A DNA stretch of 64,000 bases from Mobula hypostoma (GCF_963921235.1 NC_086097.1:58406001-58470000), one strand, 5' to 3'. Counted from the first letter of the stretch, positions 41,433-53,341 are shown. Notes: generated by a model not told the origin, from the letters alone. Program-made: numbers and translations.

Positions 41433-42379
41433 GTGAGTCCTTGTTTTACTTTGCTCTGTATCTATAAGCACACATAATCATTAAACTTTGTCATAATTCT
41501 GTCAGTACATTTCTGCAATAAACAGTTCAAATACTTTGGGGGAGAAATTCCTCTGTTTGCTACTGTTGAATGTGTGATCGATTATCCGTTGTCAGTTGTA
41601 TTCACCTGTGCATAATCAAATTCATTGGAGGCAATAAAATTATGACATATAACTGGGTTGATACTGAGGAGTTTAGTGCCAGTGTCCAATTACCAACATC
41701 CCTTACTTTCATTTAATAAACAAGGGATGTTTAATGAAGAAGCTAATGCTTTATACTAAAATCTATAGCTTTAAGTTTCCATCAAGGTTTCTATAAACCT
41801 TTCAATTGAAGTTTGTAACACTTTATTGAATGTGGAATTTGCACCTTCAGTTTAGACATGATTCATTTCACATATGGTTCTGAACCAATAATACTTTCCC
41901 ATGAGAATCCATGTCTTGCAAATAGTTTCTTAATGCATTCCCCGAATACCAGAGTTTCAAGACGTTTGTGCATGGGGACAAATATCTTCCGGTGTAATTT
42001 GACTACCAAAGTCTTTGGTTATAAGTTGCAGGATTTTTTTTTTGAAATGTGCAGTAATACAATGTACAGTTTTGTCATCAATATTTCAAATATGATTTCT
42101 TAGTAAGAAAATGCTTACCTCTGGGCTCCTTGGACCAAAATATGCTCATAATGCTTGAATATTTGGTGCTGTAAGCAGTAAAGGATGTTTGTTTCCATGT
42201 ATGCAAATAACTAAAATTTGATAATTAAACTAAAGCTAATAAAATGCTGGTCTTCATCTCGGATGGGATGATATACTACAAAACAATTACTTCAGTTATT
42301 TAGGATCTTGATTGGCACATTATGTACATTGACTTGTGAGTACAAATGGTGGATTAATGTTGGCATAATGCTGATTCAC

Positions 42380-43100
42380 TAGAGTCAGGAAAGTACAGCA
42401 CAGAAGCAGGCCCTTTGGCCCATCTATCCTGTGCCAAACTATTTAAACTGCCTATTCCCATCAACCTGCTCCAGGACCATAGCCCTCGGAACCTTATCAT
42501 CCATGTACCTATCCAAACTTCTCTTTTATCCAAATTTCACAGACATTGAAATTGAGCTTGCATGCACCACTTGCACTGGCAGCTCATTCCACACTCTCAC
42601 AACCCTCTGAGTGAAGCAGTTTCCCCTCATGTTCCCCTTAAACTTTTCACCTTTCACCTTTAACTCATGACCTCTAGTTATAGTCCCACCCAACCTCAGT
42701 GAAAAAGACCTGCTTGCATTTACCATAATCTATACCTCTATCAAATCTCCCCTCAAACTTCTACATTCCAAGGACTAACATCCTAACTTATTCAATCTTT
42801 CCTTAGAACTCAGGTCCACCAGTCCCAGCAACATCCTTATAGATTTTCCCTGTACTAATACAACCTTATTTACATCCTTCCTGTAGGTATGTGACCAAAA
42901 CTGCACACACTACTCCAAACTAGGCTTCATCAACATCTTGTATAACTCCAACATGGCATTCCGTCTCCTGAACTCAATACTCTGCTTTATGAAGGCCAAT
43001 GTGCCAAAAGCTTTCTTTACACCCTATCTGCCGGTGATGCAACTTCCAGTGAATTATGGACCTTTATTCCCAGATCCCTTTCTTCTGAAGTTCTCCTCAG
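42380..43100 (-). mobile_element. CR1 LINE 3' fragment
   Basis: ORF 42526..42726 reads TRGHELKVKGEKF...FTQRVVRVWNELP. Confidence 0.8.
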
Positions 43101-44025
43101 TGCTTACTATTCGCTGAGTTCACGAGAATAATGCCATTGTTCAATTATGACCAGTGTGAGGTAACCATGTTAGGAATTTGTGATGTTTTTAATGGAGGTG
43201 GTTAAAGTGAGGAAATGGTGTTTGATCGAGCAGGAACAGAGGAATTGTTTCCCATGGTGAATATAGAATGATGGTTGCATTTGCACATTTTAAAATTAAA
43301 GCTAGACATCAAGGAATAAATAGGGTAACAATCTGGACTTCAGTCAACACTTAAGGTTGGTGGAAATCCAAAATTCTGAATATTGGGAATATTGGATTTG
43401 TTGAAATTTTGAACAGAATATATAATCAACAGAACCTCATTTTAAGTCAGAATATTAACAGATGTTTCAAATAAAATCAGTAAGTTGAGTGGAATTGCAT
43501 TGAGCAGGATTGGTTAAGTAGTTATTTTTTGCCAAGAACAAATAATTAGCACATTAAATACATATGTGCAGTACTGACTCATTTGACTACCTTGCATGCA
43601 GAACTCTTTTTGGGGAGTGTCAACTACCATTCAATATGATTTTTTTCTTTCAACAGATGACAATCTAATTACATTGGTTTGTTTATCTTTCTTTTCCACA
43701 ACCCAGTCCATAAGCATTGTTAATTAAATAACAGAATAATTTTGATGTATGTCATTATGTCCTCCATATGTTAGGAATGGTTATTTTAATCCGATATCTA
43801 TTTTTCAACTCCTTGAGATATTCACATTGATGCATTACCATTATTTAGAAAGAAGTGGGTCCATTGTAGTAATTGTCTTCAATTGTAGCCCTTTAATGCC
43901 CATGTTAAATGTTGGAGAAAATGGTGTCTTTCTGCACAAGAAGCACTATATACCAGACATCTCATGTACTCTATTAGTAAAAGTAGTAATTGGTGAGCTG
44001 ATTTTTATTTTCCTTTTATTTTTAG

Positions 44026-44120
44026 AGAAAATCGCTCTTAGCCTTGGAAAAAGAAGATGAGGAAGAAAGGAATAAAACCATTGAGAGTTTGAAGACTGCA
44101 TTAAGAACACAACCCATGAG
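44026..44120 (+). CDS. DAAM1: DAAM1 coding exon: RKSLLALEKEDEEERNKTIESLKTALRTQPM(R)
   Basis: tttag acceptor. The sequence is DAAM1-like rather than DAAM2-like. The homology-predicted donor is AG|gcaaac (GC); an in-frame GT lies at 44148. Confidence 0.9.
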
Positions 44121-45106
44121 GCAAACTATTCTTGATCTTATCCCTTGGTATTAAAGCATTGATCTTGCTGAATGACAGAGTCATGGTGTCAGTCTTCTTG
44201 CAACAATTTCTTGTGTTCTTATAACCTTAGAACATCAAGATGTATGTTATCAATTATAATGGAAACTTATTGAAAACAATGTTTTAATTACATAAAATGA
44301 TATCCATAGGCATTGAACGTCAATTCTCTAAATTAACGTTTTGCTAATTTTTCCCTTTTAATGGATAATGTGTTTCTTAAAGTTCTAAAATGATGTAAGA
44401 ACAAAAGAACTATTAGAGATAATTTGGCCAGGTGACGCTTCAAGAATGCTCTGATATGCAGCAAGATCATTGCTGAATATGCTTTGGCCTTAACACCAGT
44501 TACCTTCTCTTTCTTTGTATTCATTGACTCCCTGTAGTTTAAATGTCTATTAGAGCTTCAGCACATTCTGAAGATGTCTATAAGATTTTCAGCACATTCT
44601 GAAGATCTTATTAGGTAGCTTGACTGAGATCAGTGACTGGATTTTATAAAAGCTTAAAGTAGATTGATTGTATTGTCCCTAAATTCCACTGAAATTTTCA
44701 GTTCTTTAATTATGAATGAATTTTTATTAGTTTCTTTGCTCCCATTCTTCCCACAAATTGTGAGCCTCCTGTGTCTCAGAATAGTGTTTCTGGAAAATGA
44801 GTCATATCTCAATTTTCCTCATTCAAAGCTGTGTCATCTGCACAGACGTCAAGAAATATGAATTTTAAAAAATCAAGTTTATTCCGTATCTCAAATTTTT
44901 GGGTAGTGATTTGTGAGTTCAGCAAAGGCGAATTAACATTACCCAAATATCAGTTGTGCCAGGGCCACCTGTATAAATATTTCCTAGGAGGCAAGTTTTG
45001 TCATCCTTCTGAACGGAGAGACAATTAAGTATTTATTTAAATTGTGTAGACTCAAAAGAGAATATTCTTTCATCTTTTTGAATTGCAATGTTCTTCCATT
45101 TGGCAG

Positions 45107-45440
45107 GTTTGTTACCAGATTCATTGACTTGGATGGGTTAACGTGTATTCTCAACTTTCTGAAAAGTATGGACTATGAAACTTCAGAATCTCGAATACAT
45201 ACTTCTCTAATAGGCTGTATTAAAGCACTAATGAATAACTCACAGGGCAGAGCTCATGTTTTGGCTCATGTAGAGAGTATTAACGTAATAGCCCAAAGTC
45301 TTACAACAGAAAATATAAAGACTAAAGTAGCAGTCTTGGAAATTTTGGGTGCTGTGTGTCTAGTGCCAGGCGGTCATAAGAAGGTACTGGAAGCAATGCT
45401 GCACTACCAGAAATATGCAAGTGAAAGAACACGTTTCCAG
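45107..45440 (+). CDS. DAAM1: DAAM1 coding exon (GBD/FH3): [11 protein letters not shown]...SERTRFQ
   Basis: tggcag|G...CAG|gtacag, 334 nt; lies inside ORF 45042..45458. Confidence 0.97.
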
Positions 45441-46836
45441 GTACAGTCTGCATGCTGATTGTGAACTGCAAAATGAAAGTATGTATTTTGTTCAATTAGT
45501 GAAAAGTTAATGCATGTAAAAATCTGAGGATATATCTCTGCTAAAGTAAGGATTTGAGGAGTAATAGATTAAAAGTATTTTTCATACTTTTCTGTCTAGC
45601 TAATTTTCAGTATGTTGGCAGCCAGATGTAGCATCGGTGTGTTATCTTTGTAGAATATAAACAGATGAAAATTTGCTAAGCCCTATCTTTATGCTAGTGA
45701 TTCTTTCTTTGAGGGAATAACCTTTTTATTACTGCCTCACTCATTCAGCGAGGCAAAATGACTTGTCAGCTTCTAATCATTATCTTCATTTATTTTAAAT
45801 GTAGTTCATGAGCACATAATTATGGGCAAGGGAAGGCCACCTGATAGCTTGCTGTGTTTTTGCTGCTGAATGTGGTGCAAATTATGTTACGTTAATCTAT
45901 CACTGATAACTTCAGATACACATTGACATAGAAAGCACCATCTTATATAACTGTATCCTCCCTGTTTATCATTAGTTTCAAAGTACTGAAATATTCTGTT
46001 TCCATTGTCTTTGAGGACGAGAGTTCAGAATATTTATAACCCTCAAGATTTAGGCTGGAATATCGTGCAATCTCAAACCAAATATTCAAAACTGGACAGA
46101 AATTGTTGTAGAATCATCCAGTATTTCACTGTAGAGCAATGATGCAAATCTAACCAGTCCAACATTCCCTCATAAGACAACCAGCCCATTCTAGATTTAT
46201 ACAGAAAAGGTTAACAAATCTGACACCGACACCCACTCACCCACCTCTCTTTCTAAATAATGAAACCAATGCCGAAGAGTTAGGATTGGTTTTGACAAGT
46301 TGAATGTGGGGTTTTGTTTCTGCTGTGCTTCATGAGGATCCTTGATTTGAATCATGAGTATTTTAAGACCACTGTGGATAGATGTATGTTAAGCAGAAGG
46401 TAATAGGTGACTGTGGATTCATGGGAAACCAGAACTGAGATTGCAGTCAGACCACAGTTAATTTTATGAAATAATAGAGCAGGTTCGAGGCTGTGTGGTC
46501 TGATTTAATGTTTGTGGTTAGCTTTATTCACTTGCTGTACCTGCATGTCTTTAAAATCCTGCACTAGAGCATTTAAATCCCTCTGCAATTTGACGCCGTT
46601 TAGTTAGTGTTCTTTTCTTACAAATTCATTCCCATCTATTAATACACTTAATTTCTGTGATATAACAGTATTTATAATATTCTGAGAATTACCTGTCATT
46701 TAGTAACTTGGGAGAATTTTCTTGGTAAAATGTTAATTCAATTTTTGCTTTCAGATAATTAAGGTAAATTCTTTAAGAAACAATAGATCCTTTATGATTA
46801 TACAAAATCAAAAATGGCACCTCTTCTTTCTTTCAG

Positions 46837-46947
46837 TCTCTCATCAACGATTTGGACAGAAATACAGGAAGATACAGGGATGAAGTGAACCTTAAAACTG
46901 CTGTCATGTCTTTCATTAATGCTGTCCTAAGTCAAGGTTCAGGAGAG
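46837..46947 (+). CDS. DAAM1: DAAM1 coding exon (FH3): [37 protein letters not shown]
   Basis: tttcag|...|gtagga, 111 nt. Confidence 0.96.
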
Positions 46948-47193
46948 GTAGGAAATTTCTACTCAGCTAACCAAGAGTGATGGGTTTTTGCTAGTGGTAC
47001 AAATCAACAGACCATTTTGCTATCCATGGTGAGGTGAGACAGTGTTTGGTGAACAACAACGTGTGATTTACCTGTACTGCTCTTCTGTGTTAGATCAGCC
47101 TCGTCCCTTTAGAATGTAGCTTTTTAAATGTTGAACTCCGAGAGAGGGAAAAAAAACAAACTTGAAATTGTATTCTTTATTTTGTTCCAATAG

Positions 47194-47297
47194 GAAAGTC
47201 TTGATTTTAGAGTACATCTCCGATATGAATTTTTGATGTTAGGTATTCAACCTGTTATTGACAAATTGCGTGAACATGAAAATGCAACTTTAGATAG
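47194..47297 (+). CDS. DAAM1: DAAM1 coding exon (FH3): [34 protein letters not shown](R)
   Basis: aatag|...AG|gtgagc, 104 nt. Confidence 0.96.
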
Positions 47298-47380
47298 GTG
47301 AGCATATTTTATATAATCAATTTAACTTACTGAAAATTTGCTGATGATGGTTTTAAAGCTAATTTTTAATGATTTGTTAG

Positions 47381-47447
47381 GCATTTAGATTTTTTTGAGA
47401 TGCTGCGAAATGAGGATGAAATGGAACTAGCAAAAAGATTTGATGTG
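47381..47447 (+). CDS. DAAM1: DAAM1 coding exon: [22 protein letters not shown]
   Basis: ttag|...|gtaagt, 67 nt. Confidence 0.96.
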
Positions 47448-47532
47448 GTAAGTAGATCAGTTTCTGCTGGTGTGTTGTTTCATGCTGAATATTGTACAAA
47501 ATATGTTTTATTAATCTGCTGGTATTCTTCAG

Positions 47533-47650
47533 GTGCACATCGACACGAAAAGTGCTACCCAGGTATTTGAACTGGTCAAGAAAAAGATCAGCTATACAGA
47601 TGCATACCCGCACTTTATGTCAATTCTTCACCATTGGCTACAGATGCCAT
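47533..47650 (+). CDS. DAAM1: DAAM1 coding exon: [39 protein letters not shown](Y)
   Basis: ttcag|...|gtgagt, 118 nt. Confidence 0.95.
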
Positions 47651-47729
47651 GTGAGTACCACTTAGAGCTTGGTGTGGCAGAATGTTATTGAATTTCCAAG
47701 TGACGAGTGAGTAAAATGAAGGAAAATAA

Positions 47730-48175
47730 AGATTAAAGATCAGCTTTATTTGTCATGTGTACATTGAAACACACCATGAAATCCGTAGTTTGCATCAATG
47801 ACCAACACACACCAGAGATGTGTAGAAGGCCTGCATGTGTTGTCAACATAACATGCCCACTACCTACTAACTCTTGACAATTCAAACTGCCTGTACATGT
47901 TCTAAATACAGGACCTCTGTTTCCAGCCAGCCCACATGTCTGTTTTAATGCCTCTTAAAACATTCTGTACTGTATCTGCTTCTGTCATTTCATGCTGCAG
48001 TCTGTTACAGACATCTTCCCTACTTTGTGTGTGTGCAGCGGTGGGGGGGGGGTGCAGGGGGTAGTGGTAAGTTATAAAACAACTCGAGTTGTAAATCTCC
48101 TTTAAACTTTCCCCTTCTTGCCTTAAAGCCATGCCCTCAAGTATTTGACACTTCCCCCTTATAAAGCTGCACCCA
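47730..48175 (-). mobile_element. SINE tail plus old CR1 3' fragment
   Basis: Similarity to other copies in the window. Confidence 0.55.
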
Positions 48176-48315
48176 CTATGGGGCTTATACTCATATTCCA
48201 GAGATCAAGATCCTTCAGCTCTACCAATGGAGCGAGCCAGACTGGGTTGTGTATTTGCTGCATTCAGCTGTTACTTGTTCCAACTTTAATAGTTCCCTCT
48301 GCTTTTTCCTCCCAG

Positions 48316-48454
48316 ATAAGCGAAGTGGAAACACTGTACAATATTGGCTACTGCTGGACCGAATATTGCAACAGATAGTTTTACAGAACGATAAAGGGCA
48401 CGATCCTGATGTTACCCCTCTGGAAAATTTTAACGTGAGGAATGTTGTTAGAAT
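48316..48454 (+). CDS. DAAM1: DAAM1 coding exon: [45 protein letters not shown](M)
   Basis: cccag|...|gtaggt, 139 nt. Confidence 0.96.
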
Positions 48455-48576
48455 GTAGGTCCACTTCTTCTGTGGAGTGATTGGTCATAAGAATTATACT
48501 AATAGATACTTTGAGCTCAGACATTGTTTGCTAATTATCACTTTTTTTCTTTGAATTTGATCTTCTACACTAACAG

Positions 48577-48635
48577 GTTGGTTAATGAAAATGAGGTCAA
48601 ACAGTGGAAGGAACAAGCAGAAAAAATGCGAAAAG
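48577..48635 (+). CDS. DAAM1: DAAM1 coding exon: LVNENEVKQWKEQAEKMRK(E)
   Basis: taacag|...|gtgtgg, 59 nt. Confidence 0.95.
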
Positions 48636-49072
48636 GTGTGGTCTGTCTCTTTGGCTCTGATATTGTGTATGTGAAATAGTTTCGTTGTTCTTCCTCTACC
48701 CCAGCTCTATCCCATTACCAGTATTTTTTGCCCTCTACTGTTGTACTAAATTTTGCTGTTACGAAGTTGTAAGTACTTCCCCCACCCCACCCCTCCAATA
48801 GCTCTTTGGTGCTGTAATGCATGGCTTAAATGTTGTATAATTCAAGACTTTGTATGGGTGGAGAGTGCACTGTAGAACCTGCATTTTGGATTTCTTTCTG
48901 CACAAGTTGGTGGAAAGCACCCAGAATCAGCATCCATGTGATGTTAACAGTCTTGAGTCACAAGACTAACAACAGGGGAGGGAATTGCCCTGATCCCCGC
49001 AAATTAATAACAGCCATTGTTTGAAGGAGAGGTTATGCTCTACTTTTGTTGCCTATGTATCTCCATTTGCAG

Positions 49073-49260
49073 AGCACAATGAGCTACAACAAAAGTTGGA
49101 GAAGAAAGAAAGGGAATGTGAAGCTAAGACACAGGAAAAGGAGGAAATGATGCAAACACTGAATAAAATGAAAGAAAAACTGGAAAAGGAATCTCAGGAG
49201 CACAAAGCTGCTAAGAAACAGGCAGCTGATCTTGCGGCCCAGATCCAGGATCTCAGCAAT
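49073..49260 (+). CDS. DAAM1: DAAM1 coding exon (coiled coil): [18 protein letters not shown]...QIQDLSN
   Basis: tttgcag acceptor, 188 nt; the phase-compatible donor is AAT|gcaagt (GC). Confidence 0.9.
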
Positions 49261-49484
49261 GCAAGTTCCCGTTTAGTTAAATATCCTTTGCAGCTTCTTG
49301 TAAAATTTAACAAAGATTTTGCATAAATACACTTCACTGAAAAATCACATTTCTCTGGACCATGGTGATCAAAAAAAATAAGAACATAAATATATTAATA
49401 CAGTCTGTTTTCTCTGTTGCAAATTCTATCAGAGTATCTGGAATAAATCTAATTACCATTTTCTTTGTTTTATTTTGATTATAG

Positions 49485-49799
49485 AGAGCAAGTTTTGCTG
49501 GTGTTCCGGGTGGCTCCCTTTCACCTCCTGGAGCCCCTGGTGGACCACTGTTTTCCTCCGCACTTGCTTCAGGCAGTGGTCCGTCTCTTCCTCCTGCTGC
49601 TCCTGCTCTTCCATCAATGGGTGGGGTGCGCCCGCCTGTTCCACCCCCACCTCCTGGTGCACCGCCTCCACCTCCAGGTTTGCCACCAATGGGTGGTGTT
49701 CTACCTCCTCCAGGAGCCCCTTTGGGTTCAAGACACAAGAAAAATATTCCACAACCAGCAAATGCTTTAAAATCCTTCAACTGGTCCAAGTTACCAGAG
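49485..49799 (+). CDS. DAAM1: DAAM1 coding exon (proline-rich FH1 and start of FH2): RASFAGVPGG...PQPANALKSFNWSKLPE
   Basis: ttatag|...GAG|gtgagt, 315 nt; polyproline tracts followed by the FH2 lasso motif KSFNWSKL. Confidence 0.94.
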
Positions 49800-50051
49800 G
49801 TGAGTTCAACAAGACCAATGGTACAAGACCATTTAAAAAAAAACCTCCAAGGGAGATTTTTCTGAATTGTTTTTGTAATTAAAGTTTCTTATTGCCCATA
49901 CTAATTAAGACTGAAATTGAGCTTGTAATGGATTTCCAGTTAATAATTTAAAAGAAATGGATTATCTTAACTTGTAAATATTGTTTAATATTAATCTGCA
50001 TTTTGAATGGGTTATCTCAGCTGAAAGATTTTCTTTTTGATTTACTAATAG

Positions 50052-50159
50052 AATAAAATTGAGGAAACTATCTGGAGGGAGATTGATGATTTGAAGGTTT
50101 TTAAAGTACTTGACTTAGAAGATCTTGAAAAGACGTTCTCTGCATACCAAAGGCAACAG
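50052..50159 (+). CDS. DAAM1: DAAM1 coding exon (FH2): [36 protein letters not shown]
   Basis: aatag|...|gtaatt, 108 nt. Confidence 0.96.
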
Positions 50160-50449
50160 GTAATTTAAGTGAAATCACTCTATAATTTATATATCTTAAC
50201 AAGAGAACAGAGTAATTCCTGTGAATTCAGTAATATTTAGTCATTTTCACAGTGAGGAAACCTGCACGAGTTACTGACTGTATTCCAAATAATTCTGTAG
50301 TATTCAGAACAGTGCAAAGCTTTCTGCGTGAACTTGGCTTGACAGTTTAAATTCAGCAAACCAATATGCAATTTATTACTGCGAATCTGGCACTATTTCC
50401 AGTGCAGTATAAAGGCAATCACAGGATTCGGCAGAGGGTTTTGTAAATA

Positions 50450-50762
50450 GAGCAGCATGGTAGTGAAATTGCTTTACGGCGCCGGTGGTCACCAATCAAG
50501 GTTTGATTCCTGCTGTTGTCTGTAAGGAGTTTGCACTTTCTCCATGTGGCCATGCGAGTTTCCTCCGGGTGCTCTGCTTTCCTGCCATGTTCCAAAGACG
50601 TACAGTTAGGGTTAGTAACTGATGAGCATGCTATGTTGGCACCAGAAGCATGACAACACTTGTAAGCTGAACCCAGCACTATCCTCTCTGATTTGATTAG
50701 TTGCAAACAACGCATTTTACTGAACGTTTCGACGCACACGTGACAAATGAAGCTAATCTTTG
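50450..50762 (+). mobile_element. V-SINE (HE1-like) with a Rex/L2-type tail
   Basis: A/B-box head; V-domain ggagtttgcac...tttcctccgggtgctctgctttcct; tail gtgacaaatgaagctaatctt. Confidence 0.78.
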
Positions 50763-51439
50763 GCTACATTATTTTGATTGGGTGCATTTAAGAGACTTTT
50801 GTGTATATAGAGGCACTGCTGAGTAATTAATAGCAGATCCTCACTGGTGAAGGAAACAGTGAATAACGCATTTGTAGCAGAAATTATTTGTTGTATTTAT
50901 GGGAAGAGTGAAGAAAGTTGCAGTGAAATCAGCCAACTTTTGACTGCTCCAGCAAAGAGAAAGCACTGAGACAATGGGCTAAACGCTGCTCTTCGTTCTA
51001 GCCTTTTTTTTCCTAATTTTGCTCACTTTGAATTTCAAGCAAATTATTTTCTTCTATTTTGAAGCTGCTTATGTGTATCACCTGTCAGCATTATACTGAC
51101 GTGTTAATATGGTTTGTTAAATTGATACTGATTTGCATGTCACAGCTTTTGCATTATAATGTGAAGCATTACAGATTGATCGCCTATGATGCTTGAACCC
51201 TTTCAGCTGCAGGGACCTGTGTTAAAACTCCAACTAAATCTTACTCCAGCAATCTCAGTGGAGTATTGACAGTTCAGTCTTTTCTCTAAGATCATTGCAT
51301 TTTGACATACTGCAAGCAGATTATTTTAAGGTTACTTGATAATTTTGATATTATTGTCATTATCAAGTTCCATATGAATCTGACATTTAGCCAAAATATT
51401 TTTCCTTGTTATGGTGAAAGGGTTAATTTTTGCAGACAG

Positions 51440-51615
51440 CATTCTTGCTTGATGCTGGTATGTCTCCAATCACTTCTAATTTTTAAAATTTACTTATGCA
51501 ATTGTGCTGTGTCTATTTCGTTTGCCTCTTTGCAACAATTTCTGTACTGCAATTTTTTCATTGCCATTAACTGATGCTACCTGTTGTCCTCCTTATGCCT
51601 TGGCCTGCACTTCAG
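51440..51615 (+). promoter_or_regulatory. Splicing-regulatory region upstream of the microexon (long AG-free zone, UGC-rich)
   Basis: No AG from 51440 to 51613; 11 TGC triplets; candidate branch points ttctaat (~51474) and ttaactgat (~51567). Confidence 0.6.
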
Positions 51616-51645
51616 GATTTCTGTCTGAGCAATCATTCTAAGCAG
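51616..51645 (+). CDS. DAAM1: DAAM1 30-nt microexon in the FH2 linker: DFCLSNHSKQ (probably alternatively spliced)
   Basis: ttcag|GAT...CAG|gtaagc, phase 0/0; aligns to recalled human DFFVNSNSKQ between ...YQRQQ and KE... Confidence 0.9.
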
Positions 51646-52628
51646 GTAAGCATGTGCTTTTAATAAAGTGCAAGCAGTCTGTTTGTATAAATTGCAGCAT
51701 GTTTGCAAAGATAAAAATGCATATTAAACTTAGTTTAGGTGATGAGCACTTAAACAGTTTTGTGTACAAACTTGTATCACATCAACATTATCGCATTTTT
51801 AAGAAAATGTGACTAATTGTATTGTTCTGAAGTTTGATTTTATAAGTAATTTGGGTATTACCACAATGCAGACAATAATTCAGATTAATTCTACTTTGTA
51901 ATAAAGCTATGAAGGGGCAATAAAGCCTTTTAATTAGACACGAGTTTGTAACATGAAATATAAAAGATGCACGATGGTCCAAAACGAAACTCGCAAGCAT
52001 TAGAAATACAAAACCAAACTGATTTTGGTGTGAATAAGTGAGAGGCAAAAAGTAAGATTTAAGAATGTGAAATGTAGTTCATGATCAGTTTTGTACAGCA
52101 CAAATTATGGTTAAAGAAGTAAAGCATTGACATTTTTGAATGATGTATATATTACAATGGGATGGATTGGCTTGTGTGAAAAGGCTAGTTTTAACCGTAG
52201 ACTTATTCCTACTTCCTGTAATTGAAAAGGAATTTTAAAATGAAAAAACTTATGTACGTTGTGCCAATCATGTGCATTAAAGATCTATGTGTGGATTTTA
52301 TTACATTACGCTTTACACCGTTTTCTTTATTTTGAGATTAAACTGAGGCTTAGGAGGGTTGTTTTACTTAAGTAAGAATACTTCGGTCTGTGGGTTCACC
52401 TTTATCATTGGAAGATTAAATTCACCTTTAGAATTATACGTAGAAAGGACATGTACCTTCAGAGTTTCGTAAGTCAATCCAAATATTAAGAAATAGTTAA
52501 CTGTATTTTGTCCTCATTCATTTAGAGATTGGGGTTCAGGTGCTAAATTAAGTAGAATTTTATTAGGTTATTGAGTATTTTCATTATAGCTTCAGGTTAT
52601 CTAATGTGCCCTTTTTTTTGGACTATAG

Positions 52629-52735
52629 AAAGAGACAGATTCTAATGAAGACACATTAAATTCTACCAAGAAAGTCAAAGAATTGTCTGTAATAGATGGG
52701 AGAAGAGCACAGAATTGCAATATTCTTCTATCCAG
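52629..52735 (+). CDS. DAAM1: DAAM1 coding exon (FH2): [35 protein letters not shown](R)
   Basis: ctatag|...AG|gtaatg, 107 nt; last exon found in the window. Confidence 0.96.
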
Positions 52736-53305
52736 GTAATGGTTTTATCATTTATTACAAGAAAGCTTGAAAATCCTGCACTTTATTTTATGATTTGTGC
52801 ATTTAAATGTTTGTAATGATTGTAATCTGTTCTTTACGTTCATTAGGTAATTGGTTCATTAGGTTCACTGCAGTAGATACAAAAACAACAGTGGTGTCAT
52901 AGGCAGAGCCATTGCCTACAGTGGTTAGTAATACATGTCCTGACCAATATTTGGAGCTGCTTGTATTAACAGGAGTGGCAGCATCTGGAGTTGCCTTTCA
53001 AGTTGATACAAAAGAGTTGATTTTCTCCTCATTTAGTTGGAAGGATTTAAGTTACCAAACACAGCAGGATCTGTACATTCCACATTTTTTCCTCTCCACA
53101 ATCTCATTGCCATTTATTGCTTTTTGGATCTGCTAGCTTGCAGAGAGGAAATCAATTGTTTGTGATCCTGCAGCTGATTGCTTTCAACAAGATTGTATCT
53201 TTTATGGAAACAACAGGAATTCTGCAGATGCTGGAAATTCAAGCAACACACATCAAAGTTGCTGGTGAACGCAGCAGGCCAAGCAGCATCTATAGGAAGA
53301 GGCGC

Positions 53306-53341
53306 AGTCGACGTTTCAGGCCGAGACCCTTCGTCAGGACT
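53306..53341 (-). ncRNA. Minimal hammerhead ribozyme motif (mirror copy)
   Basis: Exact reverse complement of 53356-53391. Confidence 0.75.

Noticed and set aside
44543..44606. 31-bp tandem duplication (and a 16-bp one near 29792-29823)
   Set aside because: Ordinary local slippage duplications.
49334..49882. Several overlapping ORFs on both strands
   Set aside because: They are shadows of the GC-rich, stop-poor FH1 exon.
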